Of a stretch of 64,000 nt of DNA, positions 8,351 through 18,614 are shown one piece after another. Position numbers and translations under genes: made by a program. Below the pieces are notes generated by a model. That model was given only the letters and a program-made list of their open reading frames with translations. It had not been told where the DNA came from and did not search any database. Source of the DNA: an uncultured Synergistales bacterium (GTDB taxonomy: Bacteria > Synergistota > Synergistia > Synergistales > Aminobacteriaceae); NCBI GenBank assembly GCA_937897575.1, contig CALCQG010000067.1:1-64000 (forward strand), in the 5' to 3' direction. Each line of letters starts with the position of its first letter. The first letter of the stretch is position 1.

Positions 8351-9249
8351 AGAGGCGATATCTCCCGCTCGTTCACGTTCTCCTCGCAGTGCTGGTCCTG
8401 CTGGTTCTGCTTCCGGGAGGCACGGCCTCCTCGCCGCCGTGGATGTTTCTCGGTGCGGTGGCCTTGACGGAGGGCCTGTACCTCCTCCGCTTCCGCCGAT
8501 CCTCCGACGGAGCGGCGCCCTCGCTGCTCATCGCCATATTCTGGACTCTGCTGCTCCTCTGGGAGACGTACACAACCCGTCTGGGGCTGGCGAACATCAT
8601 CCTCGTGCCGACTCCGGAGGATGTCTTCCATGTCTTCCTCACCCACCGGAGTCTCATGATCCGAGGGATCTTCTCCTCGTTGCAGCTTCTTTCGCTTGGC
8701 TTCGCCATCGGGCTGACTGCCGGCGTGGGGCTTGGGCTGACCGCCGGGTGGTTTCCCCTTCCCAGGGATGTCCTGGCCCCCGTGGCACGGGTCATGAGCC
8801 CCATTCCGCCCATCGTGTACAGCCCCTACGTGGTGGCCCTGATGCCCTCGTTCCGGAGCGCGGCGGTGGTCATCCTGGTGCTGGGCATCTTCTGGCCCAC
8901 CTTCATGAACATGATGGCCCAGGCGCAGGCCCTGGATCGGCGGATCATCGACGCTGCCCGGATGATGAACGTCAGCGGCGCGGAGATGGTCTTTCGCATC
9001 CTGCTGCCCTCGGTGACGCCGGGGCTTTTTTCGGGGCTCCGGGTCTCCCTCTCCACCTCCTTCCTGCTCCTCACCATGGCGGAGATGACGGGCGCGGCCA
9101 GCGGGCTGGGGTACTTCATAAAAAACTACTCGGACTACGCCAACTACACCAACGTGGTGGCGGGCATATTTCTCGTAGGAGCGGTGGTCACGGCCCTCAA
9201 CGGCGTGATAGGGGCCGTGGAGCGTCGTGTGGTCCGATGGAAGCGCTGA
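8347..9249 (+). CDS. ABC permease (SsuC/TauC-like)
   Basis: TM helices; EAA-like loop IIDAARMMNVS; AEMTGAASGLGY. Confidence 0.9.
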   Translation: MKRRYLPLVHVLLAVLVLLVLLPGGTASSPPWMFLGAVALTEGLYLLRFRRSSDGAAPSLLIAIFWTLLLLWETYTTRLGLANIILVPTPEDVFHVFLTHRSLMIRGIFSSLQLLSLGFAIGLTAGVGLGLTAGWFPLPRDVLAPVARVMSPIPPIVYSPYVVALMPSFRSAAVVILVLGIFWPTFMNMMAQAQALDRRIIDAARMMNVSGAEMVFRILLPSVTPGLFSGLRVSLSTSFLLLTMAEMTGAASGLGYFIKNYSDYANYTNVVAGIFLVGAVVTALNGVIGAVERRVVRWKR

Positions 9250-9264
9250 GAAGAGGGAACGGCC

Positions 9265-9975
9265 ATGAGAACCGAAAAGGAGGAGAGCGGTATGGAGCAC
9301 TGTCCCGTATGTGAAAAGAGCGTGGAGAGGACGGAGACGCCCATGGACTGCGCGCTGTGCGGAAAGAGGGCCTCTCCGGGGCGGGTCTGCGCCGAGGGGC
9401 ATTTCGTGTGCGACGACTGCGCCCGCCTCAGAGACACGCTCCTCGCCCATGCGACCCGGGAGGGAGCCGACAGGAGGAACCCCGTGGCGATCCTGGCCGG
9501 GCTGATGGACGAACCGGACATCCCCATGCACGACCCCGTTCATCACATCCTCGCCCCGGCGGCGTTGCTCGCGGCGTACCACAGGTCCGGAGGGGCGGTG
9601 AACCTGTCCCGGGGGATGACCGAGGTGGTTCGAAGAGGAAGACGGGTCCCCGGAGGGACCTGCGGTTTTTGGGGCGCCTGCGGTGCCGCCATAGGCGCCG
9701 GCATCTTCATGAGCGTCATCACAGGAACCTCGCCGTACAGCGACTCCACCTGGGGCCTGTGCAACCTCGCCACCGCCCGGTGTCTCGAGGTCATGGGCGC
9801 TCTGGGCGGGCCGCGATGCTGCAAACGAACCTCCTTCCTGACGGTGCACACGACAGCCCTCTTCGTCGAGGAACACCTCGGAGTAACCATGAGCCTGCCG
9901 GAGGCCATCCGGTGCACCCACTCCTCGAGGAACGGCGAGTGCATCAAGGAGAGGTGCCCCTTCTTCGGAGACTGA
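9265..9975 (+). CDS. Cys-rich DUF5714-like putative metal-binding/redox protein
   Basis: CPVC, CALCG, CxEGHFVCDDC, PMHDPVHH, GGTCGFWGACGAA, GPRCCKR, ECIKERCPF. Confidence 0.7.
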   Translation: MRTEKEESGMEHCPVCEKSVERTETPMDCALCGKRASPGRVCAEGHFVCDDCARLRDTLLAHATREGADRRNPVAILAGLMDEPDIPMHDPVHHILAPAALLAAYHRSGGAVNLSRGMTEVVRRGRRVPGGTCGFWGACGAAIGAGIFMSVITGTSPYSDSTWGLCNLATARCLEVMGALGGPRCCKRTSFLTVHTTALFVEEHLGVTMSLPEAIRCTHSSRNGECIKERCPFFGD

Positions 9976-10236
9976 CGCCCTCCTCCAGAAAAAACCTCGG
10001 CGGCCGCCTCCTGGACGAAGGGGGCTGGCCGCAACAGCATCGCGAGCCTCGCGGTTCCGAACTGAGGCAAGGGGAGCTTCACCGTCTGTCCAGATCGGTT
10101 CCCGCAGGCAGTCTGCTGTCGGACCACGCGTCGACGCCATGGAAGAGACCCGACCGGCGCGCCCTCCCCCCACCCCCGCAGCGGACCGACGGATCATCGC
10201 GCTTTTGTGTCATCTGTCCCGTGCAAAAAATATCAT

Positions 10237-10265
10237 TTGACGGAAGAGAACAAATTAAGTATTCT
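10237..10265 (+). promoter_or_regulatory. Putative sigma70 promoter
   Basis: TTGACG, 17 bp, TATTCT in an AT-rich patch upstream of 10386. Confidence 0.5.
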
Positions 10266-10385
10266 TCGAGACGAAGAGCGACATCCGGCAGAATTGAACC
10301 GACTTTGCCGCCGTTTTCCCGTGCCCACCCGGAGAGGAGACGGCCCGTTTCACAGCACGCCGAAGGGCGGATGAGGAGGAGTACA

Positions 10386-11645
10386 ATGGCACGCAATGAA
10401 TTCACCATTGCATCGCACGTACTGGACGAGGTCAACTGTTTCCTGTCGGACCCTGGGAACCAGGCGATGGCCGACCTCAGGAGGGTGGTCGCGAGGTACG
10501 GCTCCGTGGACGAGATCAACGAGCGGGCGCGGGAGGCCGGCAAGGTGGAGTCTCTTGTGAAGAGGCTCGAGCGGATGAAGTCCCCCTTCGTGAAGGACCT
10601 CGAGGAGATGGCGGCCCTGCGGGACGGCGGCAAGTTCGTCGCCCTCTCGGAGTACCGCGCCCGCATCTCCCCGAGCCGAGCCGCGTGGGACTACGACTAC
10701 GCGAAGGCTCCCACCCTGGAAATCAGCGCCCTCCAGTACTTCCCCTGGCTCGTCGCCGAGGTGAAGGAGGCCGTCAAAAAGGGCGAGGTGCTCCCGGGGC
10801 GCTTCATCCGGGTCCGGAAGATGAAGGAGCAGGAGGCCGACCCCCAGGGCGACCTGCTCGCCGTCCGGGCCGCGACGAAGATCCTGGGCGCCACCTGCGT
10901 GGAGACCCTGGACACCAAGGGTGTGGACGGCTCCAACATCCATCTGAACGGGCCCGAGACCATCACGGGGTACTTCGGCGGCATCGGCCAGCCCAACGGG
11001 CACCCGCTCCAGTGGGTGGACGAGGTGCTGCACTACTATGTGAACTACGGCGTGGACGAGGTGCTCAACATCAACGCCGGCACCGTCTTCCTCGGGTACC
11101 TACTCTACCGCATGGGCGTGAACGTCCGGTTCAAGATCTCCGTCTTCATGGGGACGGACAACCCCTACTCCGTGCTGTGGACGCTGCTGGCAGCCCGCCT
11201 CTTCGCCCGCCCCGACGGGACGACCCCCCTGGCCGGCTTCAACCTCTCCAACGCCATCGACGACGCCCATATCCTCAAAGCGGCCAGGATCCGTCAGGAG
11301 CTGGGCCTCGACGATCAGGTGCGGATCGAGCACCACATCACCGAGACCTGGAAGAGCATCGTCCGTCAGCCCTACGACCGGAGGGCCGGCCTGCTCGAGC
11401 TCGTCAAGACCGTGCCGAACATCTCGGCGAAGCACGAGGGCGGCAACCCCGAGGACGAGAAGAAGCTCGCCCATCCGTCGGACATCCTGGACTACTTCCG
11501 CGAGAAGAAGGAGGTCGAGGCGTCGGGGGACATGGCCGACCTTCAGAAGAACTATCTGCTGAAGCACAAGGCGGTGAACACCACCGCCGAGGCCCTGACC
11601 AGGGCGGGCGTCGGATTCATCGCCGCCGGAGCCCACAGACTCTAG
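10386..11645 (+). CDS. Conserved hypothetical protein (enzyme-like, function unknown)
   Basis: Strong RBS GAGGAGGA; host-like codon usage; conserved-looking segments LEISALQYFPW, PGRFIRVRKM, ETLDTKGVDGSN, IEHHITE, ISAKHEGG. Confidence 0.85.
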   Translation: MARNEFTIASHVLDEVNCFLSDPGNQAMADLRRVVARYGSVDEINERAREAGKVESLVKRLERMKSPFVKDLEEMAALRDGGKFVALSEYRARISPSRAAWDYDYAKAPTLEISALQYFPWLVAEVKEAVKKGEVLPGRFIRVRKMKEQEADPQGDLLAVRAATKILGATCVETLDTKGVDGSNIHLNGPETITGYFGGIGQPNGHPLQWVDEVLHYYVNYGVDEVLNINAGTVFLGYLLYRMGVNVRFKISVFMGTDNPYSVLWTLLAARLFARPDGTTPLAGFNLSNAIDDAHILKAARIRQELGLDDQVRIEHHITETWKSIVRQPYDRRAGLLELVKTVPNISAKHEGGNPEDEKKLAHPSDILDYFREKKEVEASGDMADLQKNYLLKHKAVNTTAEALTRAGVGFIAAGAHRL

Positions 11646-12350
11646 AAGAATCGAAGCATCTCGAAGGGTGGGGGCGCCGGACGAACCATCGGCGCCCCCC
11701 GCGCCGTCGCCTCTTCTCCTCTGGCGGACGTCCCCCACCCGGGCCTTCGCCGTCGGGAACGGAGAGAGACGACCCACGTTCCATGCCCCTCCGTCTCTTT
11801 TCAAAAGCTCTTTTTGGGAAAAACAGGACGCGACAGGCTCCGCGTCCCTGAGGATCTGTTCTCCCGACGAGTCCCCGACAGCGGTGCACTGAAGTTGCCT
11901 CCGACGTCGACCATGAGCGAAACGGCGGAGTCTGTGCCACCCGGGGCATCGAGCGCGATCCGAATCTGTACAACGAACCCGAAGAAGCGCCCACCACCCT
12001 GCCGCCGGGCACAGAGCGGGAGAACACAATGTCCGTACGGGACGCTGCCCCCGTTCCCCCGGTCGGCCCTCTCGTTTTGAGGCAGAGGCGGATTGACGAC
12101 CACCCTCCTCTTCGCCCCCTGTCTGAGCTCATCCAACTGTCCTTCGAACCCTTTTGCGTCCGCGGCCATGTCCCTTTTCGCCCCTCTCCGTCGAGGTTCG
12201 GGGTCACCCGCCCGGCTCAGTCCTAACGCCCGACGAATGCGCTGAGCCTCCGATGAACAGCGCGGAGTGCCCCTCCGGCCGCGGGTTTTGTGTGCTCGGG
12301 CGGGCACCTTGCCCGCCGGAGCCGAGAAAGGGTATACTGTACAAAAGTTG

Positions 12351-13724
12351 ATGTGGACGGTCATGTTCTCGAAGGATAAAAAATTTTATGCGTTCGGGCT
12401 TTTCATCTGGTTCTACCTGACCCTCGAGCTGTGGATCAACGAGAGGGCTGGTGTTGTATTGGGCGCCGAGCGCGTCCTGATCCTCTACGGCGCCGGGGCG
12501 TGCGGCGTCGCCCTCGGGTTCTTCCTCTTCAGCGCCCTTTCCAGCGGAGAGGGCGACGGCGGCCGAAAGGTCACCCTCCTCGCCTCGTCGGGCGCCGTGC
12601 TCGCCCTGTCGGCGGCGCAGCTTCTCTCCACCCCCGCTCTCTTCGTCACGGCCGTCCTGCTGGCCACGTTCTGCTCGGGGCTCCTCGGGGCCCGAACCCT
12701 GGACGCCCTGTCCCAGGCTCATCACGACAGCCCCGTCCTCGGGCGGTCGGTGGCCCTCTTCTACGGGGCGGCCTTCCTCTGTCAGCAGGCTGTGACCCTG
12801 GCGGCGCCGCACCTCGGCGGTGAATCGCTCAAGCTCATCCTGCTGCTGGCTGCGGTGCCGGCCATCCCATGGCTGGCCGCGCCGGGGGGCAAACCCTCGA
12901 ACGCCGGCCCTGCCGCCCCGGAAAGGGGCGAACAGCCCGCCTCGCTGCTCCTCGGGCTTCTTGCCGTCACGGGGCTCCTCTCGGCCCTCGTGGGGCTGAA
13001 CGACGGCATCATCACGACCCTCCACGCCGAGGGGCACTTCGACGTCTCGGGGTTCACCCGCCTCTTCGCACCCCCCGGGCTGCTGCTCGCCGGGTGGTGC
13101 GCCGACGTGCGCGGAGGTCGATACCTCTCCCTGGCCTGCACCGTCGCCATGGCGGGCATGACCCTCGCCGGTCTGCTCTTCGACACACCGAGCACCTTCT
13201 GGGCGGCGGGCGCCTCCATGTACTTCCTGGGGGCCTTCATGAGCATCTACACCATCGTGCCCTTCCTCGCCGCGGCGCCCGGCACCCCGAACCCCGCCCT
13301 GTGGGCCTCCGCCGGCAGGGGCGTCAAGTACCTCGTCACCGGCATCACGGCCATCTTCGGGCAATTCCTCTTCCAAAGGCTTTCCGTCACCGGCTTCACC
13401 GCCGCCTATACTCTGCTGCTCTGCGCCCTCCTCGTCGTGATCTTCTTCATGGACAGGGTATCCGAAGGGCTCTCTCCGCGCGAAGAGAGGGAAAAAGATG
13501 TGCCGCCCTCCCGGGAGGACCTTCTGAAAAGGTACGGGATCACAAGCCGGGAGGCCGAGGTCCTCGTCCTCCTCCTCGAGGGGAAAACCACGGCGGAGGC
13601 CGCTGAACATCTCACGATCTCCGAGAGCACCGTGAAGTTTCACGTGGCGAACCTCCTGAAGAAGACGGGGGCGAAAAACCGCGTGGAGCTGGCGACCAAA
13701 CTCATGGGGCAGAGCCTCCCGTAG
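12351..13724 (+). CDS. Membrane-embedded LuxR-family regulator (MFS-like multi-TM sensor + C-terminal HTH)
   Basis: About 12 hydrophobic segments, then YGITSREAEVL..GKT..EAAEHLTISESTVKFHVANLLKKTG; start uncertain (12351 or 12363). Confidence 0.85.
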   Translation: MWTVMFSKDKKFYAFGLFIWFYLTLELWINERAGVVLGAERVLILYGAGACGVALGFFLFSALSSGEGDGGRKVTLLASSGAVLALSAAQLLSTPALFVTAVLLATFCSGLLGARTLDALSQAHHDSPVLGRSVALFYGAAFLCQQAVTLAAPHLGGESLKLILLLAAVPAIPWLAAPGGKPSNAGPAAPERGEQPASLLLGLLAVTGLLSALVGLNDGIITTLHAEGHFDVSGFTRLFAPPGLLLAGWCADVRGGRYLSLACTVAMAGMTLAGLLFDTPSTFWAAGASMYFLGAFMSIYTIVPFLAAAPGTPNPALWASAGRGVKYLVTGITAIFGQFLFQRLSVTGFTAAYTLLLCALLVVIFFMDRVSEGLSPREEREKDVPPSREDLLKRYGITSREAEVLVLLLEGKTTAEAAEHLTISESTVKFHVANLLKKTGAKNRVELATKLMGQSLP

Positions 13725-13888
13725 CGGACGAAAACCCTCTTCCCCCCTTCTTTCATTCAATCCTATCCTTTCGTACAGGTCTCTTTTTCGAAGAACTCCC
13801 CCTCCGGCCAGTCGAGGTCGGCGCGTCTCCCATGCTATAACGTCCGTGAAACTGGAGATCCGCACAATGCACAGAGGAGGAGTGCCCC

Positions 13889-16879
13889 ATGTCGAAACGC
13901 ATCTGCCCGCACCATCGTCTTATTCTCCTGGTATTCATTATTCTTCTCGGCACCATCGCCCCGCCTGCCTGGGGCATAACGGTCAATACGACGGTGGTGG
14001 CGGACAGCGCCAATCCGAGCGGTCCCGTCAACATCGGCCAGATCACGGGGATCGCCGTCTCGGGCGAGAGCGGCGCCGATGCCGTAGCGGGAGGGAAACT
14101 CGTCTTCCCGCAGCTCGGCCTCGTGACCGTCGCGTCGGGCGGCGCCGACTACATTCAAGGACTGAGGGCCCAGGGAGGCGCCATCGAGGTCCTCTCGGCG
14201 GGCGGCGTGAAGGTCGTCACCGATGGCCTGCACGGGTACGCTTTCGCAAGCTCCGGCTCCGCTTCCTCCATCACCGTGACGGGGAACGCCGCGGTAGAGA
14301 CCTCAGGCACGGAGGGAGTCGCTTTGGGAGCCTGGAAGGGGGGAAAGATCACCGTCGGCAGCGCCACGGTGAAGACATCGGGAGGCAGGGGTGCCGGTCT
14401 CTCCAGCGACAATTCCGGCTCATCCGTCACCGTGATGGGAAACGCCGCGGTGGAGACCTCGGGCACGAGGGCAATCGGCTTTGGAGCCTGGGACGGCGGA
14501 ACGATCACCGTCGGCAGCGCCACGGTGAAGACATCGGGCGATGTTGCCCACGGCCTCTACAGCGACAATCCGAGATCGTCCGTCATGGCGAAATCAGCCT
14601 CCGTCGAGACCGCCGGTGCGAATGCGTACGGCTTCGCAACCTGGGACGGCGCTACAATCACCGTCGGCTCCGCAAAGCTGAAGACCTCGGGCGGGAAGAG
14701 CCACGGCCTCAACAGCGACGGTTCCGGTTCGTCCATCGTCGTGACGGATTCAGCCTCCGTCGAGACCTCCGGTGAAGAGGCTAACGGCCTCGCAGCCTGG
14801 GACGGCGCTACAATCACCGTCGGCTCCACCACGGTCGGCATAACGGGTCCGTACGGCGCCGGGCTCTTCACCAGTGGCCTGGGGTCATCCATTACCGTAA
14901 AGGGCTCCGCAACAATTCAGGCCTCCGCGACGTCCAACGATGGCCTCGCTGCCTTGGACGGAGGCTCCATCACCGTGAACGGCGGCACCGTGACCGCGTC
15001 GGGCGCTGACGGCTACGGTGTGTACATGGTCAGCCCCACCTCGGACGGCAACACGAGCACGATCCGTCTCACGGGGGTCGCCGTGGAGAGCGTGAAGGGC
15101 CAGGGCGCCGTCCTCGAGGGGGGGACTACGACGCTCACCCTTGCAAAGGGCTCATCCCTCAAGGGGGCAGGCGGCAGTTACGCCATCCTCGCCCAGGACC
15201 ACCAGTGCGAGATCCATGACGGCGCCCTGCACCGAGCCACCGTCGCCGCCACGGGCAGCACCATCAACGGGAACATAGCCAACATCTCGGGGAAGGTCGT
15301 CGAACCCGGGAAAGCACCCGATCGTCTTCTCTCGGTCACCCTCGCCGAAGGCTCGGTGCTCACGGGAGGGGCAAACACCGACAGGGTCACCGCCACGGGA
15401 CTCATCGGGTCTCTCGGCACGACCACCGTCACCATAGATTCAACCAGCCGATGGGCCGTGACCGGCTCCTCCTGGGTCACCAACCTCGGGAACAGCGGAA
15501 CGGTGTCCCTCCGCGACGGCAAAGCATCCGGCTGGACGTACAAAACCCTCGCCGTCGGCAACCTCGATGGAAGCGGTGCCTTCGTTATGGGCGGCGACGT
15601 GGTGAAGAGGAAGGGTGACCTCCTCGACGTCGCCCTCTCCAGCAAGGGGACCTTCACCATCGACTACAAGAACGACCCCGCCGCAGCCGCCGCGCCGAAG
15701 AACGCCCTGCTCCTGGTCCGGAGCGGCGAAACCCCCGTCCCCGACGCCGCGAACCCGGGCGGGACTCTACCCAAGGGGGTCTTCGCCGCCACATTCAGCG
15801 CACTGCCGAACAGTGTGGAGATCGGCGGGTTCGTCTATACAGTGGGGCGCGCCGCCGACTCCAAGGTCGTCACCATCAACGACCCCAACAAGAACAACTG
15901 GTACCTCTATCCGGCGGGGCAGGACCCTGTGCCTCCGACGCCCACGCCCACGTCGGCAGCGGATGCCGGGATGAACATGCTCTACGCCCACTACCTCCTC
16001 GGCGCCCAGGAGAATCACACCCTCATGCAGCGCATGGGAGAACTCCAGAGGGGCACCGCCCTCTCCGACGGATGGGTCCGCTTCTACGGGGGCAAGTACG
16101 ACGTCTCGGGCACAACGGCACGACAGCCCTTCGACATGTCCTACTGGGGCGTCCAGGCCGGGTATGACCGGCGCTCGCCACGTCCCGACGGGTCGGCTCT
16201 CTACACCGGTCTCTTCGTGGGGCACACGGAGGGCTCACCGGACTTCATCCGCGGCAGCGGCAACGCCGACGCCACGTCCTTGGGACTCTACGGCCTGTGG
16301 ACCAGTCCGTCGGGCTTCTACGCCGACCTCGTGCTCAAACACACCTGGCACAGAGGGGACTACACCGTCCTGGACACCAAGGGCAAAGCCGTATCGGCGA
16401 ACGACGTGGACACCGAGGGGTTCGGGGCATCTCTTGAGGTCGGCCGGCGGTTCTACCTCGGCGCCGACCGCCAATCCCGCCAGGGATTCTACATCGAGCC
16501 CCAGGGGCAGCTTTCGTGGAACCGGTACAGCTCCATGGACTACCGGACGTCGGCGGGCCTTCGCGTCCACTCCGACAGCTACGACAGCACCGTGGGGCGG
16601 ATCGGGCTCGTCCTGGGGCACAATATGGTGCACGGGGACCGGAGCACCAACGTGTACGGCAAGATCATGTACGAAAAGGAGCTCGGAGGGGACGTGACCT
16701 ACCGTCTGAACGGCGTGCCCGTGAAGGAGGACTTCGGAGGCAGCTGGTGGACCTACGGAATCGGTGTGACGGGCCAGTTCGGCGCGGACAAGACCTACTA
16801 CCTGGAGGTTCAGAGGTCCGACGGCGACCGCTTCGACCAGGAGTGGCAGATCAACGCCGGGCTCCGGTGGAGCTTCTAG
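13889..16879 (+). CDS. Autotransporter (pertactin/AIDA-like beta-helix passenger + beta-barrel)
   Basis: Signal peptide; Gly/Ser/Thr-rich repeats; autochaperone-like region ending NWYL; Pro-rich linker; barrel QRMGEL...EPQGQL...; terminal Phe. Confidence 0.92.
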   Translation: MSKRICPHHRLILLVFIILLGTIAPPAWGITVNTTVVADSANPSGPVNIGQITGIAVSGESGADAVAGGKLVFPQLGLVTVASGGADYIQGLRAQGGAIEVLSAGGVKVVTDGLHGYAFASSGSASSITVTGNAAVETSGTEGVALGAWKGGKITVGSATVKTSGGRGAGLSSDNSGSSVTVMGNAAVETSGTRAIGFGAWDGGTITVGSATVKTSGDVAHGLYSDNPRSSVMAKSASVETAGANAYGFATWDGATITVGSAKLKTSGGKSHGLNSDGSGSSIVVTDSASVETSGEEANGLAAWDGATITVGSTTVGITGPYGAGLFTSGLGSSITVKGSATIQASATSNDGLAALDGGSITVNGGTVTASGADGYGVYMVSPTSDGNTSTIRLTGVAVESVKGQGAVLEGGTTTLTLAKGSSLKGAGGSYAILAQDHQCEIHDGALHRATVAATGSTINGNIANISGKVVEPGKAPDRLLSVTLAEGSVLTGGANTDRVTATGLIGSLGTTTVTIDSTSRWAVTGSSWVTNLGNSGTVSLRDGKASGWTYKTLAVGNLDGSGAFVMGGDVVKRKGDLLDVALSSKGTFTIDYKNDPAAAAAPKNALLLVRSGETPVPDAANPGGTLPKGVFAATFSALPNSVEIGGFVYTVGRAADSKVVTINDPNKNNWYLYPAGQDPVPPTPTPTSAADAGMNMLYAHYLLGAQENHTLMQRMGELQRGTALSDGWVRFYGGKYDVSGTTARQPFDMSYWGVQAGYDRRSPRPDGSALYTGLFVGHTEGSPDFIRGSGNADATSLGLYGLWTSPSGFYADLVLKHTWHRGDYTVLDTKGKAVSANDVDTEGFGASLEVGRRFYLGADRQSRQGFYIEPQGQLSWNRYSSMDYRTSAGLRVHSDSYDSTVGRIGLVLGHNMVHGDRSTNVYGKIMYEKELGGDVTYRLNGVPVKEDFGGSWWTYGIGVTGQFGADKTYYLEVQRSDGDRFDQEWQINAGLRWSF
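14267..15030 (+). repeat. Five tandem ~52-aa (~156-nt) coding repeats in the passenger domain
   Basis: SITVTGNAAVETSG..AWKGGKITVGSATVKTSG, SVTVMGNAAVETSG..AWDGGTITVGSATVKTSG and three more divergent copies. Confidence 0.85.
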
Positions 16880-16914
16880 GGGACATCCTGCCCCTTCCAG
16901 AGTGAAGCGTCATG

Positions 16915-16967
16915 GGGCCCTCCGCGGCAGAGGTATGCAACGGCCCTGTCGCGGAGGGCCCTTTTTT
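16915..16967 (+). terminator. Intrinsic terminator after the autotransporter gene
   Basis: GGGCCCTCCGCGGCAG / CTGTCGCGGAGGGCCC followed by TTTTTT. Confidence 0.8.
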
Positions 16968-17219
16968 ACGATTCAGGAAGAGAGGCGGCCGTCGGCTCAA
17001 TGCTTCGACGCCAAGCACCGCCGCCTGGGCGTTTTTTTGCGAAACTCTCCTTTCGAACAGGTGACGCACCCGTCCCCTTCGTGGTATGAGATAGGGGCGA
17101 GCATCTATGTCCCCGGTCAGCAGGCCTGTTTTGGAGGGGGCTCCGGGAACGACGATGAACTTCGGTCATCCCTTTGGCACACCGCACCATCGTTAACGAG
17201 AAGAGAGGAGATCGGACAG

Positions 17220-18467
17220 ATGAACGGAACAGGCGCTCGCGCCACAAAAGGTACCCTTCGGAGTCTTCTTGCAGCGGTCCTTGCCCTACTCTGCATCGCA
17301 CCCTCCGCCTCGGCGGACCTGACCTCCCTCATCGCCCAGGGGAAGGTGCGGCAGTACACGCGCTTTGCCCTCATGGATCAGGCCCTCGGCATCGAGGCGG
17401 TCCGCACGATCATCCCAGCCGGGTGGCAGGGCGGCGGTGACGTGTCATGGCCCATGCAGAGCATCGGCTCCCCGGCGTTCTACACCCTCCAGGCGGCTTC
17501 GCCCGATCGCACGGTCGCCATGTTCTTCATCTCGGAGATGAACTACGAGGAGCCCCTGTACGTCACCTTCGTCGGGCCGTCCAACGTCCCCGAGCTGACT
17601 CGCCACATCCCCGGCGATCAGCTCTACAGGGAGGGGAACTATACCGAGCACGGCAACCCCATGCTCCGGCTCATGACGCCCGAGGAGTACTCCGCGTACG
17701 TCCTCCGGTCCTTGGACCCGTCCATTGAGGCCGTCTCCGTCGTCTCGGCGGAGCGGGACCCCGAGGCCCGGAAGGCCCTCGCCCAGATGGCGTCCACCAG
17801 AGAGGCTCAACTGAATCAGACGTTCTCCGCCACCCCGGGCGCTTTTGTACGGGACACGACAATCGACCTCGCCGTCCTGGAGCTGACGCTCACGCGGCAG
17901 AGGGGGAATCTTCGCGCCATCGCTGTCACGATGATCGACTCCGGCACCAGCGGGACCGACTCGTCCGCCTTCAAGACCGCGAGCATCCTGTGGTCCGCCA
18001 AGTTCACCGCCCTCTACGTCGCCGCCCCCGACGCCTTCGAGGCGAACAGGGACGTCTTCTCCGTCTTCCTCCAGAACACGATCACGAACGCCCAGTGGTC
18101 CCGTGCCCTCAGCCAGACAGGGAAGGAGATGGGACAGGTCCTCGTGGACATCGCGACGAGGGGCGCCCAGCAGAATATACGGAACGTCCAGGAGCGGGCG
18201 AAAGCGTGGAGCCAAAGAATAAACGAGCGGTATGAATCGAGCCTCTCCCAGGACTCCAACCACCGTATCCTGGAGGGGTGGACCGATGTCCTTCTCTATC
18301 GGGACAACTGGGAGGGTCCCGACGGCGGCGTTCTGAAGGTGGATCACGACTACGACCGCGTCTACGAGAAGGACGGGGATATCTACGCCACCCGGGGTGT
18401 GGAGCTGGACCCTCAAGAGTACAAGGCGCTCAAGAAACTGCCCGGTGTCCTGCCGCCGGGCAAGTAG
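17220..18467 (+). CDS. Exported hypothetical protein
   Basis: RBS AGGAG; signal peptide ending ASA-D; long ORF with host-like codon usage. Confidence 0.75.
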   Translation: MNGTGARATKGTLRSLLAAVLALLCIAPSASADLTSLIAQGKVRQYTRFALMDQALGIEAVRTIIPAGWQGGGDVSWPMQSIGSPAFYTLQAASPDRTVAMFFISEMNYEEPLYVTFVGPSNVPELTRHIPGDQLYREGNYTEHGNPMLRLMTPEEYSAYVLRSLDPSIEAVSVVSAERDPEARKALAQMASTREAQLNQTFSATPGAFVRDTTIDLAVLELTLTRQRGNLRAIAVTMIDSGTSGTDSSAFKTASILWSAKFTALYVAAPDAFEANRDVFSVFLQNTITNAQWSRALSQTGKEMGQVLVDIATRGAQQNIRNVQERAKAWSQRINERYESSLSQDSNHRILEGWTDVLLYRDNWEGPDGGVLKVDHDYDRVYEKDGDIYATRGVELDPQEYKALKKLPGVLPPGK

Positions 18468-18614
18468 CGGGACATTTCGGATGACTGTCCGGCCGGTTGA
18501 ACGGGAAGGCGGAGCGCCGTCGCCTCTTCGTCCGACATCGCTCACTCCCAGGACAGAAGGTATAATAACAAGATAGTGTGCACGCACACGATTTTTTAAG
18601 GAGGAATCCCCCCA

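Noticed and set aside
10331..10372. Glycine riboswitch-like GGAGAG...CGCCGAAGG
   Set aside because: The 3' CTCAGG half of the aptamer is missing, and the RBS and start follow immediately.
9357..10385. N-terminal extension making a 762-aa ORF
   Set aside because: It overlaps the DUF5714-like gene out of frame; the promoter and strong RBS place the real start at 10386.
11801..12169. Minus-strand ORF MAADAKGFEGQLDELRQ... with a plausible RBS
   Set aside because: No recognisable domain and atypical composition; it may be a remnant but cannot be supported.
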